Notes under the pieces: model-generated
Databases searched by the model: none
Seen by the model: only the letters and a program-made list of their open reading frames with translations
Told to the model about the DNA's origin: nothing
Assembly (NCBI GenBank): GCA_964016885.1
Contig: OZ024757.1
Location: 1,178,001-1,242,000 of the forward strand
Source of the DNA: Eledone cirrhosa
Lineage: Eukaryota
Direction of reading: 5' to 3'
Length of the DNA stretch: 64,000 nucleotides
Made by a program: the position numbers and the translations under genes
Part shown: piece by piece, positions 1 through 11,851 of the stretch
How positions within the stretch are numbered: position 1 is the stretch's first letter
Layout of the letters: each line of letters begins with the position of its first letter

Positions 1-39
1 ACCCTATTTCATAAGCAATGTTATAACATCTCTGCACAT

Positions 40-760
40 GAATATACCAATGTAGATGTGAAGGGAGTTCCACTGAAGCAGGTGGAGAAGTACAAGTATC
101 TTGGGGTCGTGTTCACAAGTGATGGAAAGCAGGAGGTGCAATTAAGTGCAGGAATTGCAGGAGCTGGTGCAGTAATGCCCCAACTTCAAGATTCAGTAAT
201 CTGAAGAAGGGAGGTAGATGTAACAGCCAGAAGGGAGGTAGATGTAACAGCCAGAAGGGAGGTAGGTGTAACAGCCAGGAGGGAGGTAGATGTAACAGCC
301 AGGAGGGAGGTAGATGTAACAGCCAGGAGGGAGGTAGATGTAACAGCCAGAAGGGAGGTAGGTGTAACAGCCAGGAGGGAGGTAGATGTAACAGCCAGGA
401 GGGAGGTAGATGTAACAGCCAGAAGGGAGGTAGATGTAACAGCCAGAAGGGAGGTAGGTGTAACAGCCAGGAGGGAGGTAGATGTAACAGCCAGGAGGGA
501 GGTAGATGTAACAGCGAGATACTATGGAGGACATGTGGTTAGAATGTCTCAGGAAAGAATTGCTGGACATATTTTACAGACAAAAACTAACCGGCAGGAG
601 ACCCAGGGGTTAACCCTGAGCAAGATGGTTGGATAACATCCATGACCTTGGCTGGTCTCACTTGACGATCCAGCCGGATCAGTTGGAGATGGTGACTTCT
701 GACAGGACCTGCTGGAAGGATTATTTAAGGACTCTGCCCTCCACTCCCCTCTCATGAATA
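40..760 (+). mobile_element. Decayed RTE-clade LINE fragment (RT C-terminal part), interrupted by a minisatellite
   Basis: Manual translation of ~52-190 gives VDVKGVPLKQVEKYKYLGVVFTSDG (RT domain 7, YLG motif). After the minisatellite it gives GHVVRMSQERIAGHILQ...RARWLDNIHDL, resembling the RTE LRWxGHVxRM...RPRxRW tail. Confidence 0.65.
206..515. repeat. 24-bp minisatellite (GAAGGGAGGTAGATGTAACAGCCA), ~13 copies
   Basis: Tandem copies read directly, with A/G variants at two positions. Confidence 0.95.
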
Positions 761-1049
761 AGTGGGCAAAGATGAAGAAGACCCTTAAAGACAGAAAAAG
801 AAGTTGTCATCAAGTGGCCAATGGCAACTTCTTTGTCCGTCTTTAAGGACCTTCACCCTATTGTATAAGCTATTTATAGCATCTCCACACATGAGCACAC
901 CATTATATTAACAGCTATTTCTATTTCAGTCAAGGCCAAGCTGCAGCCTAATTCTAAAATTGCCTTGACTTTTTGTAGTAGTTCGGCCCACTTTATGGTG
1001 AGCCACACCTTATGTGGCCCACTGCTAGAGGACAAAGTTTTGTCAAAAT

Positions 1050-1208
1050 ATTTGGTAGGCAGTGACTACATCTTGGGCACCAATGTGTTGTGTGTGGAAT
1101 TTGGTAGGCAGGGACTACATCTTGGGCACCAATGTGTTGTGTGTGGAATTTGGTAGGCAGGGACTACATCTTGGGCACCAATGTGTTGTGTGTGGAATTT
1201 GGTAGGCG
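1050..1208. repeat. 49-bp tandem repeat, ~3.2 copies
   Basis: TTTGGTAGGCAGGGACTACATCTTGGGCACCAATGTGTTGTGTGTGGAA starts at 1051 (one mismatch), 1100 and 1149, with a partial copy at 1198. Confidence 0.9.
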
Positions 1209-1780
1209 GAACAGTGTGAAAGTCTGACATGTGTGTGTATGGTATGTATTTAGAACCTGCCTGTTCTATATACATGCCTACGTCTCCGAAACCTCATGAA
1301 AGATGCCAAAAATAACTCTCTTTAATCTATTATCTTCAAACATACAAATCTTCAATTATATTTTTTCTCACAGCTTTCAACATATTTCCTTTGTGGATTT
1401 CTAAATAATTGAGAAGTCTTTTGAAATGTTGACCTCTTTCAAGGTTTTATACTATCTCCTGGCGTAAATAGATATATAAATGATTACATAAGTTGGCTGA
1501 TAGATAGATAGATATCTTTCTTTATTAGCCACAAGGGCGCACAAGAAAAGGGGACAAAACAAAGACATGCTGGGGATTTTACATACAATCGTATAAAAAT
1601 ATAAAACAAACAATTATAACAATCGAAATCCCCAATAGGGGGGAGGCACCACAAATGGGTTGTTTAATACCCCATTGATAGAACAACCCTCAACTTCAGG
1701 AGTGTATTGTGCAAGTGCTCTTTCTTCCTTTTGCTCTCTTCTTCAACCTACAGGCTTATATACAGAGAAGGCCCAATCAC

Positions 1781-4700
1781 TCAGGTCATTTTTGCTACAT
1801 TCACCCACCTTTCAGTAAATTTACTGGGGTGCAGTGCCTCTCTCTCCATTCTGATTCTCCTTCTAAAGTGGTACCTAAAGAAGGGAATGAGTTGTTGTCC
1901 AGAGAGAAAGGCATCTGTCCTCAGTCCTCTCAATCTCGTCCTCCATATAACACCTTTCACCATAGCCACTGTACAGAGGAAAACCGCCTCTATTTCGTTT
2001 TTGAAAGAAGTTGGCTTTTTGAACCTTACTATGGACTCGGCAGTCAACTGGATTTGTCCCATACGCAACAGCAGTTGTTCCGCATAGTTCCACAGGTCAG
2101 TTACGCCCAGGCAGTGTACAATTGCGTGCAGGACTGTTTCAATGTCCTGCTCGCATCTTGGATACGTCCTCTTGGAAGGATCCCTGCCGGGCGTCCGTGC
2201 CTGTAGATCTTGTCACGAACCGGTAGAGCTCCTCGGTAGCACTGTCAGGCCAGGGACCTCTGGAAGTTGTTCATAGATCCCGGGCGGAAAGTCCTACCAA
2301 ACAGACTGGTGAGTTCGTCGTCTTCGATGCCTAGAGTCTCTCCGAGCTCGTCGTCGCCCTTGTGACGTACTAACCCTCTATAGAATGTCGAACTGGAGTC
2401 TCCACTGATTGCCGTGCCCGCTTGACAGAGGACTGTGAGTGCCTGAGCGCATTCGATGTGCCAGGCGCCCATCTTCTTCAGTCTTCGCTTGACCCAGGAC
2501 TGCAGCTCCGTCAGCGAGACAAGTTGCGGGAAGGCCTGTCTCATAAACGGTGCCCATACTGGTTGGGGGTCGGTGAGGAATACCTGTAGGTGCCGTAGCC
2601 TCAGCGCATGCTTGTGCATCATCAACCACGGCATTCCCAGCCCTCCGTTGGAAGGGTGCTGACAGCAGACGGATCTCATCCCCAGTAGAGCCTGCTTCTT
2701 CCAAAGGAACTGGAAGAGCATGCATTCCATCTTGGTGAGGTGTTCACGTGGACAAGGCATGACGGTCAAGTGGTAGTAGATGACGGACACTATGAAAGTG
2801 TTTGCCACCTCCGCTTGACCTTTCAAGGATAGTTTGCACTCTGCCCACTTCTGGGTGAGCGCAAATACCTTGGCCGTGACCTCATTCCAGTTTTTCTCCA
2901 CCGAACCAGATCCTGAACAATTTCACCGGTCCGTTTATCTGACGACGCTGTCGGACAGCATCGGTTTGCCTCTCCACGTTCCGAGTTGCAAACCAACAGA
3001 TTTGTCCGGGTTTAGTTTTGCTCCTGTGAGACTTTCGTATTCCTGCAGTAAGTTGCCGATCGCCCCGATTTCCGAGGTTTCCGACACTATTACTGTCACG
3101 TTGTCGGCATAAGCTGACACGCTTTCCACAGTCTCGGTTCCAACGGGATGCCCAGCAGCAGCTCCAACTTCCGCAGTAGTGGCTCTAGAGTCAGCATGTA
3201 CAGAATGGAGGAATGAGGGCATCCCTGTCGGATGGAACGCATGATTGCGAATGGCTCCAATAGGTAGCCGTTCACTTTGACTGTTGAGCAGATGTTGGTG
3301 TGCATTGCAGTGATCCATCTCCTGAACACGGGTCTGAAACCGGCTGCCTTGAGAACCGCTTCCAAGTATCAATGGTCGACCCTATCGAACGCCTTAGATC
3401 AATCTAAATTGATCAGAGCCCCACCGAAGCCGGGCTTACACCCCACCCTCTCTATGATGTATCGCATGAGGTGGAGGTTGTCGTGTATGGACCTGGTCGA
3501 GATTGCACACGCTTGCACTTTCCCTACCCGGTTCTCGACGACAAGCGCCAACCTCGTTGCCAACACCTTGGCCAAAATCTTTAACTCTGTGTTGAGCAGA
3601 GTTATGGGCCTGAAATTGTTTATTTCGTCCCCCTTGTTCTCATCTTTCCTGATCAGCGTTACTACACCCCTGCCTGCAGACCTGGGAATTCTCCCGTTCT
3701 GCTGCCATTTGAAGTAGACGGCTTCGAGGACACCAGAGAACAAGTTCGGCATGCCTATGTAAAACTCATAGGGTAGATAATCTAGACCGGGTGATTTGCG
3801 TTTCCCGCAGCGGCCAGAGCGTGCCGTATCTCAGTGGCTGTGATCAGTCTTTCGCAGAACTCGGCGTCCATGCTCGAGAGATGCGGCAGGCCATCGAGGT
3901 ATGAACCGAAGTCGATTGCCCCATTCGGCGCACCGCCAGTCTGCTCGAACAGTCGCGCAAAGTGCTGCTGAAAGGCCGTGCACATCCGCTTGGCGTCAAG
4001 AAGCACGCGTTCGTTTTGGTCTTTCAAAGATAGAATCGTGGACTTGTTGTCACTTTTCGCCTCTCCTGCTCGAGCCCAGCTTACAGCTTTTGCTCCCTCG
4101 TTTCCTAGAGCACGTGATTTACTTCTGACCACGCAGCCTTCGTGTTTCGCATGTGCCGTTCTCGTTGCTAACACTCTAGCTGCGTTGCCACTCCTAAGTG
4201 CTTCCTCTACCTTGGCTATTAGTTCTATTTCTGTTTTGTTTTTCTCTAAGGCTAGTTCTTTGCTAAAAGATATCGACTCTACTCCAATTGCTCTCTTGAG
4301 AGAGTACCACCATCTGTTGTTGACGATGGCTCCCGTCAATTGTTGCTTAACTAATCTACTTATCCATTCACTGTAGGCTTTACGTGTCGGTAGCGACACG
4401 TTCAGCTTCCAGTATGTTTATGTATTCTATCACGGTTGACTATGCAGATGACTAGTTTGGTCTGAATAGGCAACCATGTGCATTTGTGGACAGCTTAACA
4501 GCCACCAGTCTGAAGGCTCCACCTCCAAGACTGTTCACGTCTAGGACTACTAGTCTTCCCTCCGCGTCCTAGTGTACTTGCTGTATTTCGAGGTCCATGT
4601 TTTTTCCAAAACATGACAGCCACTCTCCCTCCACCTCCTGGCTGACAGAGAGATGCATAGATCTCAAAGTCATTGAAGATGGGGATTAGTTGCTGCCTGT

Positions 4701-4820
4701 TGTGGATCCTGGACTCGGTGATGGCTATCACATCCATACCGTGTGATCTAAGGTCGTTTAAAAGTTGGCCCTGTTTCTAGGCCATGCACATTCATGCTTC
4801 AAACTCGTAAATTAGCCATG
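1781..4820 (-). pseudogene. Tx1-like ORF2 (APE endonuclease + reverse transcriptase + CCHC finger), multiply frameshifted
   Basis: EN: MNVHGL...MDVIAITESRIH. RT: FRPITLLNTELKILAKVLATRL, ALINLD(QSKAFDRVDH), IRQGCPHS, SAYADNVTV (YADD changed to YADN). Downstream: KLSLKGQAEV, GGLGMP, QCYRGALPVRDK, RCEQDIETVLHAIVHC. Confidence 0.85.
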
Positions 4821-4861
4821 TTGGTGGAGAAGAGTTGGCGAAAAATGACGAAAAGATGCAC

Positions 4862-6830
4862 TTACCTTTTCGTTTCCTGGAGATCGTGTTGTTCAATCTC
4901 CATTTGGGTGCTGGTGGGGGTGTTGAGTGAGGTGGGGAAACATTTTAATAGGACGCGGTTAATGGGCTTTTGACAGGGGTTGCTAACGTCCTGTGAAAAT
5001 TGTTCTTTTAATTTCTGATAGGTTTCTATCGAAACCCTTATCAGTTTTAGGTGTGGTTGAGAGTCTGCTTTGACAAAAGTTTTCCCCTCAGTTTCTACTT
5101 TGGGGTCTTGGGAGATGACCTCCATTAGGTTTTTGTTGTTTGTGTTAATGTATGTGTATTGTTGTTTGTTTTTTTGTTGTGTTGTTTTCGTTTGTTGTTA
5201 ATTTTGTAGTTTTCTTTTTATGGTGGACATTTGTGTTTGGGGTGGTGTTGATGTTTGTTTTGCTGGTAGGGGTGGGTGGGTGATTGTGGTGATGTTTGTG
5301 TTGTTGTTTGTGTTGGTGGTTGTGTGTTTGTGTTGGTGATTTATGTTTTTGTGGATTTGCGGTGTCTCTTTTTTTGTTTTTTTGATTTCCGAGGCGCTCC
5401 TTCATCTTCATTTGGGGATGGAGAAGTAGTCTCGTCATCAGGGGCGTGTGGGAGGGGTATGTTGTGTGGTGATGGTGTGTTTGTGTGTGTGATTGTGGTA
5501 GTGTTGGATGGAGTGGGATGGGGTGGGACTGTGTTTTTCAGGGGAATTGTTTGTGGTTGAACAGTTGTTTGTTTTTGTGTGTTTGCTTGTTTTGTGTGTT
5601 TTTGATGTTGAGGTTTTGGAGTTGGTGTTGGTAAAAGTTTTTTTTAGGGGGGTGTCGTAAGTGGGGACAGGAGGCCTTTAAATGCGATGTGCTTGCGCAT
5701 TTAAAACAATGTGGCCTCCCTTATTCTGCCGAAATCTGTACACAGTTTCTTTTGTCTACTGGCACCCTTTCTGGTATCTTGGAAATTCTGTCCGGTTTCA
5801 TTTGGACCAAAATTTCCAAGCTTGTGCCGTTCTAGGTGTTTCTTGTGGATTTTTGAATCTACAATATTGTGTCTTCATCTTCCTCCAAGAACCCTGCCAG
5901 AATCCATCAGATGTTAATGTTGGGTGGTATGTTTGAAATGTTTATTTTTTGTGTTCTTTTTCCCATGTATGTAGGGAAAAAGGTGTGTAGGGCAGAGGTG
6001 ACCGGGGTCACAGAGCATTTTTTTTTGCAAGGGCCTCACTTTTGAAGAGCACTGAAATGCTTCCATATAGTTTAGCCCTTTGTATGAAGTGTATATCTGG
6101 CATTGCCTCTTTCAAAGCGATTTCAATTTCGCCTTGAGTAAGGAAAGCCGTTTTTTTTTTTGCTTGTTCGAAATCGTGCGAAAAATCACAGTCCTTCGCA
6201 TAGTGTCGGCTTTGACTTGTGGCGGAGAGGTGATTTTAAATCCCCCTCATTCCTCGAAGGTAATATATTTTTTTCCTTCATTGATCATTTCCTTCGCATT
6301 GGAAATATCAATATGTGTAAAACTTCCTTTGCTTATTGTGGCAAAAGATTTTTTATGGTTGCTGTTGTTGTTGTTGTTGTTGTCATTGTTGTTGTCATTA
6401 TTGTTCTTGTTTTTGTTGCTTGATTTGTGGTTGTGGAGTTCATTTGTGGTTGTGGAGTTCATTTGTTGCTTGATTTGTGGTTGTGGAGTTCATTTGTGGT
6501 TGTGGGGTTCATTTGTTGCTTGATTTGTGGTTGTGGAGTTCATTTGTTGCTTGATTTGTGGTTGTGGAGTTCATTTGTGGTTGTGGAGTTCATTTGTGGT
6601 TGTGGAGTTCATTTGTTGCTTGATTTGTGGTTGTGGAGTTCATTTGTGGTTGTGGAGTTCATTTGTGGTTGTGGAGTTCATTTGTTGCTTGATTTGTGGT
6701 TGTGGAGTTCATTTGTGAAGTTGTGTTTTTTTCTTGTTCAATATTTTTTGGTGCCGTTTGTGTTTCCATACTTTCTTTTCATGTGATTTTTCTCGTTCAC
6801 TACTCCCTGTTGTCATAGTGATATTCATTT
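4862..6830 (-). pseudogene. Tx1-like ORF1 (gag-like) remnant with CX2CX4HX4C knuckle
   Basis: Minus strand 5708-5667 translates as CFKCASTSHLKASC. It is flanked by low-complexity T/K/N/H-rich segments, with stops and frameshifts. Confidence 0.65.
6410..6717. repeat. Compound minisatellite inside ORF1 (TTTGTGGTTGTGGAGTTCA with or without TTTGTTGCTTGA; 19/31-bp units)
   Basis: Tandem copies read directly. Confidence 0.85.
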
Positions 6831-6953
6831 CAATGCTCCCCTTTCCACTTGTGGCGGGAATCGCTTCAATTTTATCATTCATAGTTATAAAAACAATTCC
6901 TTATAAATGTTCTGCAAATTAAATATCAATGGTAGATTGGAGAAAAGCATGGA

Positions 6954-7137
6954 GAAAAGCACCCAGCACTCACTGTAAATGAGGTTGGTGTTAGGAAGGG
7001 CATCCAGCAGTAGAAATCAAGCCAGAATCAGTTCCCGTATGAGCAAGACAAGGTCAGCCGACCAGACACTGCCCACAACAGGACAACCCATTTAACCCAT
7101 GGAGGAACGGACGTAAAACGGTGATGATGATGATGAT
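6954..7137 (+). mobile_element. 3' half of a tRNA-derived SINE (RTE-like tail ending in (TGA)n)
   Basis: AAAAGCACCCAGCACTCACTGTAAATGAGGTTGGTGTTAGGAAGGGCATCCAG...GGACGTAAAACGGTGATGATGATG is largely the reverse complement of 11223-11365. Confidence 0.75.
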
Positions 7138-7487
7138 ATATGTGTGTGTGTATATATGTAATTTGTGCGTATAATAATATATATACATATATATATATAT
7201 GGTGTGGGTAAATATAACCTGTGCATATATATATGTGCGTGTATATGTATATATAATCTGTCCTTATATATATATGTTTGTGTATGTATGTGTATAAATA
7301 TATATATATATATATATATTTTCTCATTTGACAACTGGATATATATATATATATATATATCCGGTTGTCAAGTGAGAAAATATTGGCCTTCTGTTGACAT
7401 TTGTCCGATATATTTTAACAAACCAATTTTTTGGTAACATTTAAAGTAAGCAGGTTCATACATTTGTACAATAATACTGTTTTGACA

Positions 7488-7488
7488 T

Positions 7489-7519
<31 letters not shown>

Positions 7520-7560
7520 GTATATATATATATGTAAGTATATATATATATATATATAAG

Positions 7561-7592
<32 letters not shown>

Positions 7593-7593
7593 A

Positions 7594-7657
<64 letters not shown>

Positions 7658-7684
7658 ATATATATATATATATATGTATGTATA

Positions 7685-7744
<60 letters not shown>

Positions 7745-7769
7745 ATATATATATATATATGTATGTATA

Positions 7770-7801
<32 letters not shown>

Positions 7802-8212
7802 GATATAGATATATAGATATATATATGTATATATATATATATATTTGATTATATTTACCCACGCCATATATATATATGTATATATCTATATATATACATA
7901 TATCTATATATACACATATATATATACATATATATATGTATGTATATATATATATGTATATATGTATATATATATATACATATATATATGTATATATATG
8001 TATATATATGTGTATATATATATGTATATGTATATATATGTGTATATATATATGTATATGTATATATATGTATATATATATATATATATATGTATATGTA
8101 TATATATATGTATATATGTATATATATGTGTATATATATATATGTATATATATGTGTATATATATATATATGTATATGTATATATATGTGTGTATATATA
8201 TATATATATATA
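7488..8212. repeat. (TA)n-rich microsatellite with TG/CA interruptions
   Basis: Seen directly. Confidence 0.95.
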
Positions 8213-10319
8213 CGAAGTCTGTGGCTGGAGCAGGCCTGTAGGCAGGAGGAGAGTAACATGGTGGTGGAACAGTAAGGTGGAGGGGTCAATTAAGGCCAAA
8301 AAGCAGGCTTGGAAAGTATGGCGGGATGGGGGAAGTAGAGTAGACTATCAAGTGGCCAGGAGGGAAGCTAGGAGACAAGTGTACTTAGCAAGAAGGGAAG
8401 CTGAGGAAAGAAAGTTCAAGCATGTTCTACAACGCGATGACCAAAAACGTGAGGTGTTCAGGATTGCTAGGCAATGCGTCAAGGAAAACCGTGATATTGT
8501 CGGGGAGAAGTGTGTACTAAACGACGATGGCACACTTGCCATCACCGACGCTGATAAGAAGGTAGCTTGGAAGTGTCACTATGAAAGGCTACTAAATGAG
8601 GAGAATAAATGGGAGAAAGACAGTCTCCCCCATATCGACCCAATAGAGGGACCAGCAGTGTTAGTCGAGGGGAGTATAATAAGTAAGGCAATCAAGGATA
8701 TGAAGACGGGTAAGGCGGCTGGGCCTTCGGAAATAGTTGCTGAGACGCTGAAGGCATCTGGCACGGTGGGACACACCATGGTCACCCGCATAGTTAACCA
8801 AGTCGTACAGAATGGGGTTGTTCCGAAGGACTGGCATAGCAGCATCATCGTTAACTGTTATAAGGGTAAAGGAGACGCCCTATATAGGAGTAACTATAGA
8901 GGCATTAAATTAATCGACCAGGTCATGAAGGTCACGGAAAAAGTAATAGCGCAACTAATCAGAGAGAGAATTGACCTAGATGAAATGTAGTTCGGGTTTG
9001 TGTCAGGCAAAAGTACCACAGACGCTCTTTTCATAGTACGACAACTACAGGAGAAGTACCTAGCTAAAGGTAAACCCCTCTACTTAGCTTTTGTCGACTT
9101 GGAGAAAGCCTTCGACAGAGTCCCCCGCTCCATTATCTGGTGGGCTCTTAGAAAACTAGGCGTTGACGAATGGCTTGTGAGGGCTATACAAGCCATGTAT
9201 AAAGAAACAGTCAGCAAGGTTAGAATTAACAACGAATATAGTGAAGAGTTTAGCGTAAAAGTTGGCGTCCATCAGGGCTCTGTTCTCAGCCCCCTACTAT
9301 TTATTATTGCCCTTCAGGCTATAACAGAGGAGTTCAAGACAGGCTGCCCATGGGAACTCCTATATGCAGATGACCTGACACTCATAGCTGAATCAATGGC
9401 CGAGCTAGAGAAGAAATTCCAAACATGGAAGCACGGCCTAGAGTCAAAAGGACTTAAAATTAAACTGGCTAAGACTAAAGTACTAGTTTGTAGGAAAGAA
9501 AACAAGGCGGCGGTCCCTTCTGGGAAATGGTCGTGCTCGGTGTGTAGGAAAGGCGTAGGTAGAAACTCCATTTTATGTCCTAAATGCAAAGTATGGGTGC
9601 ATAAAAGATGTAGTGGGATCACAGGTAAGCTAACTAAGAACATAGATTTTACATGTGGCCGGTGTTCTGGTGCAATAAGTAGCAGCAAGTGCCCACAAAA
9701 TACTAGCTCTTTCAATTGCGCAGAGGGTTCTATAGAAATAGTGGACAGCTTCCGTTACCTGGGCGATAAAATCAGCAGTGGGGGAGGGTGCTCTGAAAGT
9801 ACTGTAGCTAGAGTCAGAACTGGTTGGAAAAAGTTCAGAGAGCTTATACCACTATTAGCTGCTAAAGGGTTCTCCCTAAAAATGAAAGGCAGGTTGTACG
9901 ATGCCTGCATACGAACAGCAATGCTGCATGGCAGTGAGACCTGGGCATTGTGTGCAGAGGATATACGCAGACTAGAGAGGAACGAAGCTTGCATGCTCCG
10001 CTGGATGTGTAACAGTAATATACGTGAACGGCAAAGCATAAACGAACTAAGGAAAAAATTAGAGATAAGAGGGATCAGATGTTGTTTACTCGAGAGAAGG
10101 CTACGTTGGTATGGACACGTGATGCGCATGAAAGTCGATAGCTGTATAACAAAGTGCAGGGCAATAAAGATAGACGGTAGTCACGGAATAGGCAGAGCTA
10201 GAAAAACCTGGGACGAGCTGATAAACTCCGACATCACACACTTACACCTCTCCAAGACAATGTCACTGGACCGAGACCTTTGGCGGTACTCAGTAACAGA
10301 GAAGACCCGCCTTACCTAA
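8213..10319 (+). pseudogene. RTE reverse transcriptase ORF with one premature stop (TAG 8988-8990 at the conserved DEMQFGF) and a PHD-like insertion
   Basis: ORFs 7845-8990 and 9000-10319 share a frame. TAG is followed by TTC GGG TTT (FGF), consistent with CAG changed to TAG. The endonuclease domain is absent because of the 5' truncation. Confidence 0.88.
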
Positions 10320-10710
10320 ATATATAGTAAAACCTACTCCAGCCAGTAGGCATCTCTAACAAAATACACCCCGTCCCACCACCACCACCCCCACCCCATC
10401 CACACCACCCCGTTCTATGTAAAGTTATGTTGGTGCCGCGCCATCGAGGCCGAAACAAATGAGATCGTGTAGGTGTCACGACAAAAAAACACACAGTCCA
10501 GGCTGTAATGTGGCCGTGTAGGCAACACGGTAAAAACCTCCCAGACCCACACTGTAAATGTGGTTGGTGTTAGGAAGGGCATCCAACTGTAGAAAACCTG
10601 CCAGACAGTCCTATGCGAGCAAGACAATCACTCTTGCCTCAAGTGGGACTACCCCCGTCCAAACCCATGCAAGCGTGGAACACGGACGTTAAACGTTGAT
10701 GATGATGATG
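8213..10710 (+). mobile_element. RTE-clade LINE, 5'-truncated, recent; ends in a (TGA)n tail
   Basis: The frame is continuous from ~8213 to 10319 with one stop. Motifs: [18 protein letters not shown]...NYRGIKL, STTDALF, AFVDLEKAFDRVPR, GVHQGSVLSP, LLYADD (YADD 9363-9374), FRYLG, LRWYGHVMRM. The 3' UTR ends GGACGTTAAACGTTGATGATGATG. (TA)n flanks both sides. Confidence 0.92.
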
Positions 10711-10747
<37 letters not shown>

Positions 10748-11010
10748 TGGCTGCCAACTCGTTTTCGAGTACGGCCACTACTTTATAACCATGTAGGAGA
10801 ACCCCCTACCGATGCGCTGAACAAGTGTGACTTTTTAGTCCAGCCAGTGACTTGAAAACTCTGGTACAAACACTACACTTGTGACAATTATTGACACATA
10901 GTGCTGGGCCCATGGTACCATGTGATGACAAGTGCAGAGAGATCTCCAGATATAAATATACAGTATATATATATATATACACATATATATATACACACCA
11001 CACACATATA

Positions 11011-11053
<43 letters not shown>

Positions 11054-11222
11054 GAAAGGTATAGAAATTATTGTAGCAAGAAGCCAACAGTATTCCATAA
11101 TATATAAGTGACTATAGCGTCAAAATGGAAAAATAGTTAACGTAAGATGTGGGAAAATAATTCAAACTCAATTCAAAAAGAATCAGGATATAGATTTATC
11201 CAACAGAATTTAGTGAAATATA

Positions 11223-11558
11223 TCATCATCATCATCATCATCATTTTTACGTCTGCTTTTCCCTGCTTGCAAGGGTGGGACGGGAACTGATTCTGGCTTG
11301 ATTTCTACAGCTGGATGCCCTTCCTAACACCAACCTCATTTACAGTGAGTGCTGGGTGCTTTTTTGCCGTGGCACCTCCACGACCACTTCACAGTGGAAT
11401 GATATGGACCCAGTCCCTATCATCTCATTTCTACAGCTGAGTAAACTGGAGCAATGTGAAATAAAGTGTCTTGCTCAAGGAAACAACACATCACCCGGTC
11501 TGAGAATTGAACTCACAACTTTCGATTGCAAGGCCAATGCTCTAACCACTAAGCCATA
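11223..11558 (-). mobile_element. tRNA-derived SINE with CORE-like central domain and RTE-like 3' tail
   Basis: Minus strand shows A box TGGCTTAGTGG, B box GAGTTCAATTC, core CCTTGAGCAAGACACTTTATTTCACATTGCTCCAG and tail GTTGGTGTTAGGAAGGGCATCCAG...(TGA)n. Confidence 0.85.
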
Positions 11559-11811
11559 TATATATATGTGGGTGTGGTGTGTATATATATGTGGGTGTGG
11601 TGCTTTTATCCTTCTATGTTGTTTACTTGTCCCCCTTGCTTTACGCGATTTACTGGTCCCAATAACTTTTTTTAGTTATTGCTCGCACCAACCTGAGGTA
11701 TATGATTTTTAATGCGATGAAATACCAATGATGGTTGGAAAATCACTGACGAAGGACTATTTTTATCATATGTAACCCATGTGCAACCACGCAGTATTCT
11801 TCTTTCTTCTC

Positions 11812-11848
<37 letters not shown>

Positions 11849-11851
<3 letters not shown>

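Larger units (their letters stand above)
1498..6900 (-). mobile_element. L1/Tx1-clade non-LTR retrotransposon, near full length, decayed (ORF1 + ORF2)
   Basis: Minus-strand fragments occur in the canonical order: gag-like ORF1 with zinc knuckle, APE endonuclease, RT, C-terminal Zn finger, 3' UTR with AATAAA (1521-1526) and a (TATC)n tail. The 5' boundary is approximate. Confidence 0.85.

Noticed and set aside
193-570. Cys/Pro-rich repeat protein (CYIYLPPG)n
   Set aside because: This is a 24-bp minisatellite inside a decayed retroelement, with no gene context.
7028-8299. YI/IY-rich ORFs, including the N-terminus of ORF 7845-8990
   Set aside because: These are translations of (TA)n microsatellite. 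The real RTE frame begins at ~8213.
11490-11558. tRNA gene (A and B boxes)
   Set aside because: There is no complete cloverleaf, and the boxes run on into SINE core and tail. The sequence is repeated at ~20690-20757.
11746-11790. CTGACGA box upstream of the array as an extra hammerhead
   Set aside because: There is no stem II or properly placed GAAA box downstream.
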